A stretch of 64,000 nucleotides of DNA from an uncultured Verrucomicrobiae bacterium (GTDB taxonomy: Bacteria; Verrucomicrobiota; Verrucomicrobiia; Chthoniobacterales; JAFAMB01), in the NCBI GenBank assembly GCA_963762565.1, contig CAVXLD010000007.1, positions 576,001 through 640,000 of the forward strand. The letters are read 5' to 3'. The notes under the pieces are model-generated. The model was not told the DNA's origin. It did no database searches and was given only the letters and a program-made list of their open reading frames with translations. The position numbers and the translations under genes are program-made. This document shows, piece after piece, positions 61,168 through 64,000 of this stretch (position 1 is its first letter; the number at the start of each line of letters is the position of its first letter).

Positions 61168-62436
61168 GTGGCGATGAATTGCCGGCATCTATTGGTCTGT
61201 GTTTTGAGCATGATCGATGTCCTCGCAGCCTTCGCCCAGCAAACAGCGAAAGACTTTGACAGAAGTGGCCTCGCTAAGCAGCGCAACGGCGACTACCAGG
61301 GCGCAATAGCCGACTATTCCCGGGCGATCGAGCTCAATCCGAAATACGCTATCGCTTACAAGGACCGAGCCTCAGCTAAGGGGCTGGCCGGCGACGATGA
61401 AGGCGCACTCGCGGACTGCAACAAAGCGATCGAACTCAATCCCAGGTATGCCCTCGCTTACGCCAACAGAGGAGGCGCTAAAGGAGAGGAAGGAGATCTG
61501 GACGGGGGTGAGGCTGACTGTAACCGGGCTCTTGAACTAGATCCAAACTGTGCGCTTGCCTACGATAACCGAGGTACCATTAAGTCCAGGAAAGACGATC
61601 TCGACGGCGCCATAGCGGATTATGACCAGGCGATCAAGCTTTCGCCGAAGAATGCGTTTACCTATAACAATCGAGGAGCTGTGAAGGAGAGCAAAGGCGA
61701 GTACCACGATGCGATCGTCGATTTTAACGAGGCCATCCAACTGGACCCGAAATTCGCAATTGCGTATGTCAACCGGGCCGGAGCCACGATGCGCAAGGGC
61801 AACTACGACGATGCCGTCGCCGATTGTAACCGGGCCATTGAGCTCGATCCGAAGAAGGCGGCTGCTTATCTCCGGCGTGGGTGGATCAAAACGTTAGAAG
61901 GCGACTTTGGTGGTGCGGCTCACGATTATAACGAGGCGATCGTGCTGCCTTCCAAGCTAAGTAGCCTCTTGTTCGATAATCGGGCGCTCATTAAAGAGCT
62001 TCAGAAAGACTATCGCGGTGCGTTAGACGATCTTAATCGCTCCGATCTCCTGGCCAAGGATCCGAAGGAGCACGACTATGCTCATTTGCGCATTTGGGTT
62101 CTTCAGACCCACCAAGGCCAAACGGCCAAAGCTGATCAGCATCTGTCTGATTACTTAAAAACGCGCTCGGATGGAGGCTCACAAGATTTCCCTTTTCGGG
62201 TTGGCGAGTTCTTGCTCGGAAGAGTGCCGGAGTCTGAGCTGATTGCTAGCGCTGTTTCTGCAAACTCGAAACAAGATCAAGAGCTGCGTTGTAGGGCTTG
62301 GTATTATGCAGGGATCAAGCGTCAGTTTGCAGGAGAACAGAAAATGGCGGCGGAGTATTTCGGCAAATGCATAGCGACCAACGGAATCGAGTTTGATGAA
62401 TACGTTCTCGCCAAGCGACTGCAAAGTCAGCAGTGA
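61168..62436 (+). CDS. Exported tetratricopeptide repeat protein
   Basis: Signal peptide; repeated AYxNRG..GDxxGAIADYxxAIELxP. Confidence 0.92.
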   Translation: MAMNCRHLLVCVLSMIDVLAAFAQQTAKDFDRSGLAKQRNGDYQGAIADYSRAIELNPKYAIAYKDRASAKGLAGDDEGALADCNKAIELNPRYALAYANRGGAKGEEGDLDGGEADCNRALELDPNCALAYDNRGTIKSRKDDLDGAIADYDQAIKLSPKNAFTYNNRGAVKESKGEYHDAIVDFNEAIQLDPKFAIAYVNRAGATMRKGNYDDAVADCNRAIELDPKKAAAYLRRGWIKTLEGDFGGAAHDYNEAIVLPSKLSSLLFDNRALIKELQKDYRGALDDLNRSDLLAKDPKEHDYAHLRIWVLQTHQGQTAKADQHLSDYLKTRSDGGSQDFPFRVGEFLLGRVPESELIASAVSANSKQDQELRCRAWYYAGIKRQFAGEQKMAAEYFGKCIATNGIEFDEYVLAKRLQSQQ

Positions 62437-62571
62437 GCAGTAAGCGGTAAGCAGTAAGCAGTATTCAGTAAGCAGCAATCAGTGTGTCAGTAATCAGTTC
62501 GGAGGCGGCAGTGCCGTCGAAAACGGTCAGTACTGCTCACTGCTCACCGCTGACTGCTTACTGCTCACCGC

Positions 62572-63279
62572 TCAGCGGGCGAGGAACCCTATGACTCCGC
62601 CGACCGTGTCTTCTAGGGCATGAGCGAGCATCCCGGGACGGAGGCTGCGGCGCCAGCGTGCGAATAAGCCGAAACAGATGCCGTAGACGGAGATTAGCAA
62701 CATCAGTTTCCAGCCCTGATAGCCGTGGCTAAGGCCGAACAGGACGGCTTGGAGGACAATTCCGCCCACTAGAGAGCGAGTGAGCGCGGAAAATTGCCGC
62801 AGCAAATATCCGCGAAAAATCACTTCTTCGCAGAAGCCTGCGGTGAGCGCCATCAGGACCCAAAGAATCATTTCAGACCAATTTTGCGGCATCATGGCAG
62901 ACATGGCCTTTGGGGTCTCGGGTTGGAGCAGATAGGAGAGTCCTTGCAAGAGCGCGAAGCCGAAGACAAGGAGAAACGCGATACCGAGGCCGAGGTCTCG
63001 CAGGAAATACAGCGGACGCGCCCAGCTTCCCCCGACGAGATCCGACAGTCGGATGCCCCGCCGGCTCAGTCCCCACCAGATAAACGCAACCATGAGCCAT
63101 TCCATCAGGATGACGATCGAGTAGGTGATGAAATGACTCTGGGCCAAGTCGAGGTGGGAGCTGATGAAAGAAATGCCGAGCAGCCAGACCAGCAGGACAA
63201 CGGTGTGCCAGGTCGGTGCGATGCTGGAGTGAGACGATTCCGAGACGGGAGCTGCGGAGGGTGCTATTGAGGGACTCAT
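62572..63279 (-). CDS. CPBP (Abi/CAAX) intramembrane metalloprotease
   Basis: EEVIFRG, FGLSHGYQG, HALED; start approximate. Confidence 0.9.
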   Translation of the reverse strand: MSPSIAPSAAPVSESSHSSIAPTWHTVVLLVWLLGISFISSHLDLAQSHFITYSIVILMEWLMVAFIWWGLSRRGIRLSDLVGGSWARPLYFLRDLGLGIAFLLVFGFALLQGLSYLLQPETPKAMSAMMPQNWSEMILWVLMALTAGFCEEVIFRGYLLRQFSALTRSLVGGIVLQAVLFGLSHGYQGWKLMLLISVYGICFGLFARWRRSLRPGMLAHALEDTVGGVIGFLAR

Positions 63280-63455
63280 GATGATGCGTGTTTTGCTTTT
63301 TCTGTTATATCGAAAAAAAGATCCCGTATCCAGAGCCACGTAAGGGCGTGAAAAGTGATTGGTGAGAAGTGAGAGGTGAGAAGTGATTGGTGGGGCTGCG
63401 GTCCTCCGGGGGTTCCGCGAGGATGGTGCAATCGGTCTCTACTCTCTGTGGTTCG

Positions 63456-63893
63456 TTAGGACGGAGAATATTGATCGAACTTGGCGCTATCGGGGCTTAG
63501 CCGATCCCAAGGTTCAGCGTCGGCGACGAAGAGGTCGGCTGACTCGGAAAACCAACTGGGGTCGTCGAGGCTGCCGGCCAGGACCCCTATGATTGGCGAT
63601 GGTCGATCAGGTGATTGTCCACCCGTGATGCGGCAACCGCATTCCGGACAGAACCCGCGTTTGTGTTTACCACCCGCTAGACTGTCCGTGAAATGATAGC
63701 GGAGCTCACCCTTCGTGATTTTGAATGCGTCGATCAAAAATACAACCGCCGGTGCATATGGCCCGCCAGTGATATGCTGGCAGTCACGGCAATGGCATTT
63801 TATCATGGCCAATGGCTGCGCGCTGCTCTCGTACCGAATGTTTCCACAATAACAACCGCCGGTGATGGGTAGCGTAATGGGGGACGAACTCAT
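63456..63893 (-). CDS. GFA family protein
   Basis: GGCYCGNIR, CHCRDCQ, RGFCPECG, SLDDPSWF. Confidence 0.93.
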   Translation of the reverse strand: MSSSPITLPITGGCYCGNIRYESSAQPLAMIKCHCRDCQHITGGPYAPAVVFLIDAFKITKGELRYHFTDSLAGGKHKRGFCPECGCRITGGQSPDRPSPIIGVLAGSLDDPSWFSESADLFVADAEPWDRLSPDSAKFDQYSPS

Positions 63894-64000
63894 CCGGCCA
63901 TATAAACTGGGTCGGGAAGAGCTTCTAGCGGTTTCCGGAATCGTCCTCCCGCCTCAGCCAAGCCTACGGCGTGGCGGGCCGTCCTCGTGCTCGAAAAGGC

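Overview
Bacterial chromosomal window; gene style and repeat content suggest a soil Verrucomicrobiota-like genome (inference, not verified). 0-29 kb is mostly intact metabolic genes: YbhS/YbhR ABC permeases, glgC/glmS, a Tat-exported PaoABC-type aldehyde oxidoreductase, a DeoR plus sugar ABC operon, prolyl oligopeptidase, Ku, GH15 glucoamylase and an amidase. At 28.7-33.3 kb an acetamidase/formamidase gene is duplicated around a group II intron with a frameshifted RT. 33-46 kb holds a deoxyhypusine-synthase-like gene, a cytochrome c/PCuAC/SCO cluster, tricorn protease and stress genes. 46.9-60.8 kb is a patchwork of small accessory genes and remnants ending at tRNA-Ile2(CAT). The most striking non-coding signals are: (i) a dense set of palindromic intergenic elements, including a five-copy four-motif long hairpin, nested inverted repeats and 7-mer arrays that supply stop codons; (ii) the intron inserted at the centre of one nested palindrome; (iii) a palindromic site repeated three times at 58.5-59.8 kb that marks homology breakpoints like a site-specific recombination site. 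Several single-base frameshifts may be assembly errors. No CRISPR, integrase or transposase gene was seen.
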